From Azolla caroliniana (lineage: Eukaryota; Plantae; Polypodiophyta): 64,000 bases of DNA. The notes beneath the pieces were generated by a model. The model had not been told where the DNA came from, did not search any database, and worked only from the letters and a program-made list of their open reading frames with translations. Location of the stretch: contig JBHGNT010000018.1 of assembly GCA_043228905.1 (NCBI GenBank), forward strand, positions 13,144,001 through 13,208,000, read 5' to 3'. Both the position numbers and the translations under genes were made by a program. This document shows positions 1 through 13,029 of the stretch, in pieces (position 1 is the stretch's first letter; every line of letters begins with the position of its first letter).

Positions 1-21
1 TCGGGAAGCTCACACAACTTT

Positions 22-3000
22 GTGAATGATCGTTTGGTTCAGATATGGGGAATCCAACCCACCGTAAGTGATCACACCTATACGGTGCACTTGGCTGATG
101 GAAGAGTACAATACATCAACTGGGCGATTCATTCATTAGGAATTTCTATTGATACTTATATACAGGAAGTAGACTACCATGTAATGAATCTTTGTACCAC
201 TGATGTAATACTGGGTTATCCCTGGTTCTATAATAAAATCTCTTCTTTATCTATTGATTGGGTTCATCATTCAATTACATTTGTACTGAACGACTGTACT
301 CATTTTATGCAATGTGTAAAAAAACAATCCCTCTCGATTGTTTCCTCTCCATCAATATCCGAGTATTCTTGTTCTACTCTATTTTATTGTGTACTTGATC
401 CGGACATTCTCGTTTACAATATCGATAATGTCTCGGTTCAATTAACATATTTTGAACAACAACAACTTGATGAAATCTTAAATGATTTTCGTGATGTTTT
501 TCCTAGTGAACTACCAGATGGGTTACCTCCAAAACGTAATATAGACCATCATATATTGTACCTGGCGTTGCACCAATAAGTATACCCCCTTATCTCTTAA
601 GTCGATCCGAAGAGGATGAGGTATCTAAGCAACTCAAGGACTATTTACGAATGGGTTATATACGTTATAGTAAATCTCCATGGGGGGCACCAGTTCTCTT
701 GGTTAAGAAGAAAGAGGGCACATGGCGTATGTGTATTAATTACCGACGCTTGAATAAAGTGACGATCAAGAATTTGTATCCATTGCCCCGGGCTGACGAT
801 CTAATTGACCGTCTCCAGGGAGCTCGGTATTTTACGAAACTTGATCTCCGTACGGGCTACCATCAAATTCGTATAAGTGAGGATGATGTTCCTAAAACAG
901 CATTTCGTACGCGCTATGGCCATTATGAGTTTTTGGTTATGCCTTTTGGTTTGACCAATGCTCCAGATACATTTCAACTAGAAATGGATGACATTTTCCG
1001 AGAACAACTTGGAAAATTTGTCGTTATTTTCTTGGATGATATTTTAGTTTATAGCTGTACATTACACGAACATGCTAAACATGTCCGCTTTGTTTTACAA
1101 ACATTAGGTGACAAACAGTTTTACGCGAAGATCTCAAAATGTGAATTCTTCAAGAAATCAATTACTTATCTTGGACATCTCATAACCGAACGAGGAGTTG
1201 AAATTGATCCTTCTCGCATTGAGAAAATCAAGCTTTGGCCCACTCTTCGGAATATTCGAGAAGTTCGATCATTCCTTGGTTTTGTCGTGTTTTTGCGAAA
1301 ATCCCTTCGTAATTACTCCCAATTGACAACGTCGTTTACTGATCTTCTAAAAGGTCAAACATGTAAGTCTACAAAACCTATTTTCTGGAATGCTACGCTA
1401 CACCTCGCCTTTAAGGAACTCAAGGACCTGGTGTGCAAGGCTCCTTCACTTCTTTTACCTGATCCTTCAAAACCTTTTGAGGTTGAAACCGATGCAAGCA
1501 ATTATGCTATAGGTGCTATCTTATATCAAGATGGTAAACCAATAGCATTCGAGAGTAAGAAACTTGATTCTGCTCAATGTCGGTATACCGTTCAAGAAAA
1601 GGAATTATTTGCAGTTATACATGCACTCAAAACATGGCGCCATTATCTTTATGGAAATCGCTTTGTGGTAACTACGGACCACGAGTCCTTGAAATATTTT
1701 TGTGACCAACAAGACCTGAAAGGTCGTAAGGCATGATGGGCTGATCTCATGCAGGACTTTGATTTTTCCATACAATATCGTAAAGGTTCCATGAACACTG
1801 TCGCTGATACACTAAGTCGCATCCGTGAAGTTAACATGCTTAGCTTCACTGAAATAACATAAAATCTTTATGTGATGACAGTTATTACGCAAAATACTGG
1901 GCAAGAGTTGAGTCTGGAACAGACACCACCACATCCTCGAAGGAATACTTCTACATTGCTAACGGTCTGCTCTACCGTAATGGGAAGGTTTGTGTTCCAG
2001 ATTTGCCTGAGGTAAAAAAGAGGATTCTTTTTTAATGCCATGATGCACCCTCAACAGGGCACCCTGGAATACATCGCACACTCGTTCTCATCTCCACTCA
2101 ATTTTATTGGCCTAACATGCGTCCTGACATACATAGCTATGTGAATAAATATCACCAATGTCAGGTTAACAAAGCCGAGTTTTTGGTTATGCCTTTTGGT
2201 TTGACCAATGCTCTAGCTACATTTCAACAAGAAATGAATGACATTTTCCGAGAACAACTTGGAAATTTTTTCGTTATTTTCTTGGATGATATTTTAGTTT
2301 ATAGCCGTACATTACACAAACATGCTAAACATGTCCGCTTTGTTTTACAAACATTACGTGGCAAACAATTTTATGTGAAGATCTCAAAATGTGAGTTCTT
2401 CAAGAAATCAATTACTTATCTTGGACATCTCAAAACTGAACAAATAGTTGAAATTGATCCTTCTCGCATCGAAAAAATCAAGATTGGCCCACTCTTCGGA
2501 ACATTCGAGAAGTTTGATCATTCCTTGGTTTTGTCATGTTTTTGCGAAAATCCCTTCGTAATTACTCCCAATTGATGATGCCGTTTACTGATATTTTAAA
2601 AGGTCAAACACGTAATTCTACAAAACCTATTGTTTGGAATGCTACACTAGACCTTGCTTTTAAGGAACTCAAGGACCTGGTGGGTAAGGCTCCTTCACTT
2701 CTTTTACCCGATCCTTCAAAACCTTTTGAGGTTAAAACCGATGCAAGCGATTATGCTATAGGTGCTGTCTTATATCAAATGGTAAACCAATAACATTCGA
2801 AAGTAAGAAACTTGATTCTGCTCAATGTCAGTATACCGTTCAAGAAAAGGAATTATTTGCAATTATATATGCACTCAAAACATGCCGCCATTATCTTTAT
2901 GGAAATCGCTTTGTGGTAACTACAGACAACGAGTCCTTGAAATATTTTTGTGACCAACAAGACCTGAAAGGTTGTAAGGCACGATGGGTTGATCTCATCC

Positions 3001-3793
3001 AGGACTTTGATTTTTCCATATGATATCGTAAAGGTTCCATGAACACTATCGCTGATGCACTAAGTCGCGTCCGTGAAGTTAACATGTTTAGCTTCATTGA
3101 AATAACATCAGATCTTTATGATCACCTTCGAGGAAAGTATCCTGATGACAGTTATTTTGCAAAATATTGGGAAAGAGTTGACTTTGGAATAGACACCACC
3201 ACATCCTCGAAGGAATACTTCCACATTGCTACCACATTGCTAATGGTTTGCTCTACCGTAATGGGAAGGTTTGTGTTCCACATTTGCCTAAGGTCAAAAA
3301 GAGAATTCTTTTTGAATGTCATGATGCACCCTCAACAGGGCACCCTGGAATACATCGTACACTCGTTCTCATCTCCACTCAACTTTATTGGCCTAAGATG
3401 TGTCCTGACATACATAGCTATGAGACTAATGTCACCAATGTCAGGTTAACAAAGCCGAGCGACTTAAAGCCGCATGACTTTTACATCCCCTGGGCATTCC
3501 CAATAATAAGTGGGAAAGTATATCCATGAATTTTATTGTTAGCTTTCCTCGCACCCAAAAAGGCCATGATGCCATCTGGGTTGTGGTTGATAGACTAACT
3601 AAAATGGCCAGATATATTGCTACTAAAACCACGGTAACAGCTCCTGAATTGGCTTACCAATTCGTTGATGAGTTATTTCTTTTTTATGGGTTACCAATGG
3701 ATATCGTGAGTGATCGAGATCCAATGTTTACTAGTGACTTCTGGACGCAAGTCTTCAAGAAGTTAGAAACTACATTGAGCACGAGCTCCACGG
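22..3793 (+). pseudogene. pol: Gypsy pol (protease, RT, RNase H, integrase N-terminus) with frameshifts, stops and an internal duplication
   Basis: Motifs [62 protein letters not shown] and IVSDRDPMF. Confidence 0.95.
930..3459 (+). repeat. Tandem duplication of about 1.25 kb covering RT-RNase H-integrase zinc finger (930-2179 and 2180-3459)
   Basis: The junction aaagccGAG|tttttggttatgcc at 2179/2180 rejoins the integrase to the RT sequence first seen at 930; GAG microhomology. Confidence 0.9.
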
Positions 3794-4509
3794 TGTCGTG
3801 AAGATTTTCGTCCACAAGCGGAAACCCGAGCAACGAGAGCCAAAGAGCGACGTGCAACGTTGCACACGTACATAATGTATTTGTAATAGTAATAAGGGTA
3901 AAGGGTATGGTGCTAGAAATGCCCCATAAGATCCCTAAGGTATAAAGGTGATGTGGTCTTGTGCGCACATCCACGCGAGAGAGAGAGAGAGGTACTATGC
4001 GGTACATAGGTACCTAGTTGTTTGTGAGGAGGTGGGAGTTAAGGGGGCCATCAATCTCACCCTCCCCAAATCAAGGCAAATATCCCCTTTGAATGAAAGG
4101 GGGATATTTTAGTCTCAATTTTGTAAACGGTCTTCCCTCCTTGTGCTGTAAAAGGAGAGGGAAGGCACCATTGTGGGGGTTGCCTATTTTGAGTGTGCGA
4201 GGTATACCACATAGGTCGAGCGTTAGGGTTAGGGTTAGGGTTTCTTTATCTTCATCTTCGTCGGTTAGGGTTTCGAGTAGTCGTTTGGCGCGGCCTATGC
4301 GGCCACCATTTTGTAATCGTTCATTTCGTTTTAATATATCTTGTTGATCATCTTGTCTCCATCTTCCTCTTGTTCGATCTAATCTCTTGTTCATTCTTCT
4401 TCTTCTTGAGCAAAGCTTCCATTCCATGTCCGATTCCTTCTCCTCTACTCCTTAGTCCAAGACCCCCGTGGTCCCGCCCTTCGCCACGCACGCGCGTAGC
4501 AACGCGACA
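3794..4509 (+). repeat. 5' LTR
   Basis: TGTCGTG..GCGACA; near-identical to 7862-8305 where they overlap; contains (TTAGGG)3 at 4223-4240. Confidence 0.93.
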
Positions 4510-4513
4510 TATT

Positions 4514-4531
4514 TGGTGAACCTGACGTGAA
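4514..4531 (+). promoter_or_regulatory. Primer-binding site, tRNA-Trp
   Basis: tggtgaacctgacgtgaa matches 17/18 the complement of the plant tRNA-Trp 3' end as I recall it (TGGTGAACCCGACGTGAA). Confidence 0.85.
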
Positions 4532-7500
4532 GAGACGGCAATGGAGGAAGGAGATGGAAGCCGGAGACATCGCCGAAGTAATTACGAGAATGGCAAGGGA
4601 TTTCGCAAGAAGGAGAGAAAGATGGGAAGAGGCGTACAAGTACGATCGACGCGAGTTCGATCTATGGGTGTCGTCGGCAAAGGCTCCTCGAAGCGCAATG
4701 ATGGCATTCCAGGAGTTCGATCTCTGGTTTTCCCAACTTTCGGTCCGGGATCAAGAATCGGTGGGGGCGGACAAGGTCCTACTATTCTTGAAGTCAGTCA
4801 ACGAAAGGGGAAGAATGGCCATTTTTCCCTACCTCGAAGACGATGAAGGGGCGTATGGCCTCACCGAAGACTGGAACGAGGTGGAATGGGCGTGCATACA
4901 ATGCGATGAGAGGCGGTCGGCCACAACGCGACCCGCGAGCGGCGGAGAAGAGAGAGCGGCGACCGATTATGCACTACCGCCGGAAGAGAGCTCAACGCAA
5001 ATCGGTTCGGAGGAGCTCGACATCGAAGCCTTGGTGCGGGAAGCGTACGAGATCATAGAGGCACAAATCGAAGCCGAAGAAGGGCTTATTGCGGAGTCGG
5101 GGCCGAGCGGATCGGAGGATGAGGAGGCCGAAAGAGAATGGTACATCGGTACCACGGGAGAGGGTGCGGGACGAGCCACCCTCTCGACATGCGGAGAAAG
5201 ATCGACTGAGGATGAGGTCGGGGACGGTGAGGCGGTGATCGCCGGTTCGAGCGGACATGAGGGAGTTCGGGCATGGAGGCCCGAAACATCGAGCGGGGAG
5301 AAGACGGGCGGTGGTGCCGGGACCTTACGCACACCGGGCCTAGAGACTCCGGCAACCGGCCCGAGAGCCGGTGTGAGACCTAGAGTGACGGGCGGTGGCG
5401 GCGGCAAGGCGGGCGACCACGATGGTGACATGGGAGAGGGTGCGGAAAGAGAGACTCTCTCGTCTTGCGGCGAATGGACGGCCATGGAGGCCGGTAACTA
5501 CGGATTCGGGACATGGCGGCCCGAAACATCGAGGGAGGAGGAGACAAGCGGCGGTGCTGCGACCTTACACACACCGGCCCTAGAGGCACCGGCGGTCGGC
5601 CCGATTGCCGGCGTGAGCCCTAGAGCGACGGGCGGTGGCGGCGGCAAGGTGGGCAACCAAGACAACGGTAATGAGACTGTGGAATAGGAGGCGGCAAGCA
5701 TAATTGATGCTTGCATATACAGAGGCGGCGTAGCCACGGACGACAATGTCCGAATGGAGGTGGCTACGGGCATAGCATCGACGAGCGGCGGCGTTGCTAC
5801 CTTACACGCACCGGTTCAAGAGACACCGGCGGCCGGCCCGAGTGCCCGCGTGAGACCTAGGGTAATGAACGGTGGCGGCGGCAAGGCGGACGACCACGGT
5901 GACGATGTGGGAGAGGGTGCGGAGCGAGCGACCCTCTCGACTTGTGGAAAGAGGACGGCCATGAATGAGGCCGATATCTACGGAGCAATGGACGCCACTT
6001 CGAGAGTGGGCGAAAGTTTCGGGACGCGGTTGCCCGAAACGTTCTACGAGGATTTCGCGAGCATACTGGAGGCTTGCGAAATCGAGGAAGAAGAGGAGAC
6101 GAGCGGCGGTGCTGCGACCTTCCACACACCGGTCCTAGAGACTCCGGCAACTGGCCCGAGAGCCGGTGTGAGACCTAGAGAGACGGACGGTGGCGGCGGC
6201 AAGGCGGGCAACCGAAATGACGAAGAGGAGGTTTGTAGCGGACAGAGGCGAGATCCCTCGACACCGGGGCCGGAGACTTCGGCGGTTGCGCCCGAGTGTG
6301 GACATAAGACCGGAGAGATGGGCGGTGGCCGTGAGGATAGGAGGCCTAGTGGGCACGGTGATCACGGCTTGCTAGAAGACCGAGAGCGAGAGGGACCTTC
6401 CACACCCATTCTAGAGACTTCGGCGGTTGCGGATCAACGTGAGACCGGAGAGACGGCGCGTGGCGGCGAGGAGTTGGAGGCCGAAGCAGACAAAGTTATC
6501 GGAGCGGGTATCCGGTATGAGATGATGGACGAGCGGGTCCAAGATGGCGAGCCCGGGTCGGAACAGGCTATGGTGACAAAGGAAGAAGTGGCCGACGCGA
6601 AGGTTGGGTCTACGGCGGATGAAGGGCGTAACACGAAGCATGCATTACGGTCGGTGAAGGGCCCAAGAACGAGCATGCATCCGAGAGAGGGTCAACGAGT
6701 GACCGGAAACGGTGGACCGATTGAGCCTTTGAGAGGTGAGGACTCGGTCGTGGACCGAGAGTGGGAGGAACCCTCCACACCTACCCGTGAGGCATCGACA
6801 GTCGCGGATTGAAAGGAGAACGGGGAAACGGTGGGTAGCGGTGAGGAGTTGGAGATCGATGCGGAGGTCGGGTCTACGGCGGAAGTGCGACACGAGACGC
6901 ATACAATACGGACGGTGGAGGGCCAAGACACAAGCATGCATACGGCGGATGGGCGACAACGATTGACCGACGATGACAGTCAGGTCAAGCCTTCGATAGG
7001 CAAGCGTGGGACGAAGGACGGCGCGGCGAAACACCAAGACCGACGACATGGGCCGAGCGCGATCTGCATGAGCGGAGAGTCGTGTCTAGGAAAACGGAGG
7101 AGGTGCGTGGAGAACGGAGGGCTACGCACCGGGAAGAGAAAACGCGGTGTCCCGAAGGACATGTGAGGCCAATCGGGCCAAGAGGGCGCGGGTCGAGGCG
7201 AAGCGGTAATGAGAGCCACGAAGAAGGACGGGGTGATGGCACACTCTACCGCGAGAGAGCACGACGAACAAGGGGAAAGCGAAAAGCGCATGATGGGGTC
7301 ATCGAAGGACCGAAGCAGGAGCACGCATTCGGAGGAGAGCATCGTCACATGGGAAGAGCCTACGGAAGGGAAGCGTGGAGCGGAGAGAGTCGGCACGCCG
7401 AGGTGCGCGGCACGCAAAGGGCGGAATCCGGCATGCGACCGGGAGCGCATCCGGAGGATATACGAGGCGGACAAAGGAAGAGCAACCGAGTCGGCGACGG

Positions 7501-7613
7501 CGTTCGGGAGGACCGAACGGGGAGGAAAGCACGGGCATCGGATACGGCGGGTCGGATGTAGTCGGTGGTTCAAGGACCCACAGTGGACGTGGTGGATCGG
7601 GTGGAGGCAATGA
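4527..7613 (+). pseudogene. Gag-like domain followed by a long acidic E/G-rich repetitive tail; one reading frame broken by three stops
   Basis: ORFs 4527-5687, 5754-6812, 6831-7166 and 7209-7613 share one frame; the N-terminus is homologous to ORF 62220-62756 (FDxW..SAM.AF.EF..FxQLS.RDQ..VGA.KVL.F.KSV..GLTExW.EVE..C). Confidence 0.75.
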
Positions 7614-7861
7614 CTCGGCGAACATCGTCGAGTGTGGCGGATCGGATGGCGCCGACGATTCGAGACCATTCGGCGAGGATGGTGGACCGGAAGGCGGCGG
7701 CGGTTCGTATGGACGGGGTGGTCTTGCTCGAAGTGGAAGACAAAACCGGGCGGGCCCACGAGGACGCTAAGGATTCGGCCGGTCGTCGTGGCCGAAAATC
7801 TCGTGTTCTCTCCCCTATGTTTTGGCACATACCAGTGGATGTGCGGTTAGGTGGGGGCGGA

Positions 7862-8305
7862 TGTCGTGAAGATTTTCGTCCACAAGCGGAAACCCGAGCA
7901 ACGAGAGCCAAAGAGCGATGTGCAACATTGCACACGTACATAATGTATTTGTAATAGTAATAAGGGTAAAGGGTATGGTGCTAGAAATGCCCCATAAGAT
8001 CCCTAAGGTATAAAGGTGATGTGGTCTTGTGCGCACATCCACGCGCGAGAGAGAGAGAGGTACTATGCGGTACATAGGTACCTAGTTGTTTGTGAGGAGG
8101 TGGGAGTTAAGGGGGCCATCAATCTCACCCTCCCCAAATCAAGGCAAATATCCCCTTTGAATGAAAGGGGGATATTTTAGTCTCACTTTTGTAAACGGTC
8201 TTCCCTCCTTGTGCTATAAAAGGAGAGGGAAGGCACCATTGTGGGGGTTGCCTATTTTGAGTGTCCAAGACCCCCGTGGTCCCGCCCTTCGCCACGCACG
8301 GGACA
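7862..8305 (+). repeat. 3' LTR with an internal deletion of about 260 bp
   Basis: Preceded by PPT ggttaggtggggcgga; jumps from gagtgt to ccaagacccc relative to the 5' LTR. Confidence 0.92.
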
Positions 8306-8309
8306 ACGG

Positions 8310-9090
8310 ATCATCCTCAATCCGATGGACAGACATAACAAGTAAATCAAATTATTGAGGACATGCTCTAAGCATTCGTTGGTGCAAAACCAACAAAATG
8401 GGAATTTTATCTCCCAATTTTGGAGTTTGCTTATAACAGCTCCAAGCATACATCAACGAGATATAGTCCTTTTATGTTGATGTATGGTTTTCAACCACGA
8501 GCCCCGATTGATGTTAATATACATCACGATGAGTTGCGACATACGCAAAACTTTCTTTGGGATATGCAAGATATGTTGCATATTGCATGAGATAATATAA
8601 AAACAGCTTAAGATAGAGCACATTTTTATGTCGATCATCATAGCCAACCTCGTGTATTCAACCTTGGACAGAAGGTATTTTTATGTGTACCTGACAATTC
8701 TAAGACATTGTCTAAGAGTAAGTGCGCTAAGTTAGCCCCACGTTTCTGTGGACCTTTTACAGTTCTCAAACGCATTGGGTCATCAGCCTATCGTCTTGCT
8801 CTTCCCGATGGTGTTGAAATTCATCCAGTTTTTCATGTGAGTCGTGTAAAAGAACTTCTAGGTTTTGGTGACAATACAGTTACAACTGAAACTTTGGTTA
8901 CTTCTGAAGAATTATCTTCTAAACCACATGTACCAGAAAGAATCCTCGATGTTAAAACAAAAAAATTACATACTAAAGAAATCCGAGAATTTAAAACAAA
9001 ATGGATGGATAAATCAATAAAAGATGCCACATGGGAATGTGAAAATACTCTCAACTACCCTAACTTTCCATTGCAAGAGTGCAATGTTTT
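8310..9090 (+). pseudogene. Integrase C-terminus, GPF motif and chromodomain of the host chromovirus
   Basis: KLAPRFCGPFTVLKRIGSSAYRLALP..HPVFHVS; PERILDVK..KWMDKSIKDATWE. Confidence 0.9.
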
Positions 9091-9104
9091 AAAGAGGGGG
9101 AGTA

Positions 9105-9561
9105 TGTTACGGGCATGACCATATAATATCCCGTGTTGAGAATTTATACCGTAACATTCTATACACGTGGATAAGTGTGAGGGTTAAATGAGAGTGTAAA
9201 GAAGGGAAGAATTACTTTTAATCCTCCGAATTTAGACAACCTATTAGGCCAAGTGTGAATTTGCCTCGGGGCCTTGGGTATCGCTATAAATAAGAGGCCT
9301 AGCTACCCTCATTTCATCATCTTGTTGACTACGTCGAGACTCTGTCTTGTGCTGGGTCAACTCTTATAGCGAGCGCGCCAGCACCAGGTACGACTCGACC
9401 CCATGGCGGTGGTATGGGACGCCGATCGAGGCTCGAGTATGTCTCGATCCCTTCGCTCGGGGGTGGTCGGGTGAATCGACACCCTTCTTTCTCTCTCTCC
9501 TTTCTATCTAGATCTATCTTTTATCCTTATTTTATGCTTACATTAGTTCATGTCTCTAACA
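9105..9561 (+). repeat. Chromovirus LTR
   Basis: Follows the PPT; TGTTA..TAACA termini; TATA-like tataaata; second copy at 18869-19286. Confidence 0.85.
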
Positions 9562-12211
9562 TTGGTTTCAACCTCAAAAGGTTTTGAAGGATCAGGTAAA
9601 AGAAGTGAAGGAGCCTTGCACACTAGGTCCTTGAGTTCCTTAAAGGCGAGGTGTAGTGTAGCATTCCAGACAATAGGTTTTGTAGACTTACGCGTTTGAC
9701 CTTTTAGAAGATCAGTAAACGGCATTGTCAATTGGGAGAAATTACGAAGGGAGTTTCGCAAAAACCCGACAAAACCAAGGAATGATCGAACTTCTCGAAT
9801 ATTCTGAAGAGTGGGCCTAATTTTCTTGATGCGAGAAGGATCAATTTCAACTCCTCGTTCGGTTATGAGATGTCCAAGATAAGTAATTGATTTTTTGAAG
9901 AACTCACATTTCGAGATCTTCGCATAAAACGGTTTTTCATGCAATGTTTGTAAAACAAAGCGGACATGTTTAGCATGTTCTTGTAATGTACAACTGTAAA
10001 CTAAAATATCATCCAAGAAAATAACGACAAATTTTCCAAGCTGTTCTTGGAAAATGTCATTCATTTCTTGTTGAAATGTAGTCGGAGCATTGGTCAAATC
10101 AAAGGGCATAACCAAAAACTCATAATGGCCATAGCGCGTACGAAATGCCATTTTAGGGACATCATCCTTATACGAATTTGATGGTAGCCAGTACAGAGAT
10201 CAAGTTTTGTAAAATACCGAGCTCCCTGGAGACGGTCAATTAGATCGTCAGCTCGAGGCAATGGATACAAATTCTTGATCGTCACTTTATTCAAGCGTCG
10301 GTAATTAATACACATACACCATGTGCCCTCTTTCTTTTTAACCAAGAGAACTGGTGCACCCCATTGAGATTTAGTATAATGTATATAACCCATTCCTAAA
10401 TAGTCCTTGAGTTGCTTAGATACCTCATCCTCTTCGGATCGACTTAGGCGATAAGGAGGTATACTTATTGGTGCAACACCAAGTACAATATCTATACGAT
10501 GGTCTATGTTATGTTTAGGAGGTAGCCCATATGGTAGTTCACTCAGAAAAACATCACGAAAATCATTTAAGATTTCATCAAGTTGTTGTTCAAAATATGT
10601 TAATTGAACCGAGACATTATCGATATTGTAAACGTGAATGTCCGGATCAAGTACACAATAAAATAGAGTAGAACAAGACAACTCGGATATTGATGGAGAG
10701 GAAACAATCGAGAGGGATTGTTTTTTTACACATTGCATAAAATGAGTACAGTCGTTCAGTACAAATGTAATTGAATGATGAACCCAATCAATAGATAAAG
10801 AAGAGCTTTTATTATAAAACCAGGGATAACCCAGTATTACATCAGTGGTACAAAGATTTATTACATGGTAGTCTACTTCCTGTATATAAGTATCAATAGA
10901 AATTCCTAATGAATGAATCGCTCCATGGATGTATTGTACTCTTCCATCAGCCAAGTGCACCATATAGGTGTGATCACTTACGGTGGGTTGGATTCCCCAT
11001 ATCTGAACCAAACGATCATTCACAAAGTTGTGTGAGCTTCCCGAATCAAACAAAAATTGTATGGGAGATCCATTGATATACCCGTTTGCACGTAGTAAAT
11101 CATTGGGACCCAATACATAGTGAGGGAAAGAACATTGACAATTACTTAAATGATGTGTATAGACCTGAAGGACATTAGGAATCTGACCTTTGTGGTCTAC
11201 AACTTTAGCTTTGCTGTCGTGCTCTTTCCGTTGGAGCTTTCGACATTGCGCTTTTGTATGACCCTTCTTTTTGGAGAATACGCAAAAAGGATGTTGTCGC
11301 TTACAATCGTGATCCATGAATTCGTTGGGTGTCTTGCGTTTCCTAGCGAATTGCGACTGCTTAGTCCCCGGCCCTTCATTGGGTTTGTTGTGGTCCTTCT
11401 TCGAAGTGCATTGATAGCGAAGAACAATTTGAACGGCCTCTTCGAAGGATTTTGGATCCTTATCGTGCACTATCAAGGGATAGTCCAAATTAGGGATGCT
11501 ATTGACAAAACACGGTATTAACCAATTGTCCCCTTCTAGATCCAATTTTTGGATTTGGGTTCTAGCATGGTGGACATAGTATTCTAGCGAGGAAAACTTC
11601 CTGCTAGAGAGGTTCATTAAAGCTTGAGCTGGCTCGGTTCGAGAGGGAGGTTGTAGAAATTGGCCCTTAAAAACAATGACAAAATCTATCTAAGTATCGG
11701 GCAATTTCCCCAAAGTACAGAGCCCACGCCACCAGGCGGCAGCCTTACCCCCTAGTTCTCGACCGACATATGCAATCTTCGTACTATCTGGCGTGGGATA
11801 GAGCTCAAAATGAGACTCCCATCCTCCCAACCACGTGCAGATTGCTTCTTTGCTTCTTTCCTTTTTTTCTCCCGTAAATGGCTTAACGACAAACGATGGT
11901 TCACATTGTCGCTCATCAAGTCTATTAGTCTCACGTTGTAAACTAATGACACATGCCTCGAGAGCACTTTGAGATTGCCAAAGTTCGGTCATCTGTTGAG
12001 CAGTGAAACTAAGGTATTGGGTTATTTGCGAAAAATACATCTCAATGGACATTTGTCCAGGAGGATTTCCTTGAGTTCCTTCCGTTTGAGCGGATGACAT
12101 GGGGTCGTTATTTTGAGCCATTGAATGATTATTTCTGGCAAAGAAATAGGATAAGCTCAGACAAATAGTCATAACATCATGTCGTGATGTAAACATATCA
12201 TGGACAAACAT
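9562..12211 (-). pseudogene. gag-pol: gag-protease-RT-partial RNase H of the same chromovirus family, inverted
   Basis: ORFs 11690-12211, 10094-11617 (degenerate [14 protein letters not shown]) and 9543-10151 (FLDD); near-identical to the reverse complement of 1-1490. Confidence 0.93.
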
Positions 12212-13029
12212 TAATCGATATCATGATCTCACGTCAATACCCCTCTAGACTTATGAGATGAGGTTCAAGATCAGGTTACTATGGTAACACAAAGGTGTTT
12301 TAAAAACCATAGGGGTGGCAAATTAATGTCTTTCCCTGATCTCTATATCGATTTTTTCATGGCGGCTCCCCAAGGCTCAACCATGTATGTTCGCGTCATG
12401 AGTAGTTTATACATGAAGGAAATGTTAACAATAAACTATGTTTCTGTGCCCACGTATGTGGTTTCGGCTCTTTAAGTCCTATTATGAGGACCCCGAAGTG
12501 CACTTAGACCTCAAGTCTAAACAAGTGTTATAGTCATATGTATCAACGATATTGTATGGTCTTGGTCATATTTGAACTCGAGACCAAATGCATTAAACAC
12601 TTGAGCCAAATGTTTAATGTTTCATGCGTATAAGAGATATGCGAGGCATTTGCCCATATATGTTTTTTGAAAAGAAACATGGGTGAAAGCATGCGAGTGG
12701 AAACAATTAGCTATGTCCTTGACATAGCTAATTAGCTATGCAAAAAGCTACCATTGATAAATAGTCATTTTAGTAAAAAGCCATCATTAATAAATTAAGT
12801 ATGCAAAAAACTACCATTGAAAATACTAGAGTGTTTTAATTACATATGTAAATGAGTGCCATAAATGTGCAACATAAATTGATGTGTGCACCATAAATGT
12901 GTACCATAAATTATATATCGAATTCCTAGGTCCATTATGCATGATCCTTTGCCACATCACGTAGGCCATCTCTAGTTGAGTACTGTGGGTTAGTTGCTAC
13001 CACTGTTGCTAAACCCTATCGAGTCCACC

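Larger units (their letters stand above)
3794..8305 (+). mobile_element. Non-autonomous LTR retroelement (gag-like ORF, no pol) with a tRNA-Trp PBS and 4-bp TSD ACGG
   Basis: LTRs at 3794-4509 and 7862-8305; ACGG at 3790-3793 and 8306-8309; removing the element restores host integrase SSTDHPQSDGQT. Confidence 0.93.
1..9561 (+). mobile_element. Ty3/Gypsy chromovirus, degenerate; 5' part lies outside the window; interrupted at 3794-8305
   Basis: Order is protease-RT (FLDD)-RNase H-integrase-chromodomain, then PPT (aaagagggggag, 9091-9102) and an LTR running TGTTAC..TAACA. Confidence 0.93.

Noticed and set aside
4223-4240. (TTAGGG)3 as a telomere or healing site
   Set aside because: Only three units, internal to an LTR
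4967-7954. Numerous overlapping alternative-frame and antisense ORFs
   Set aside because: Shadow ORFs of GC-rich, low-complexity sequence
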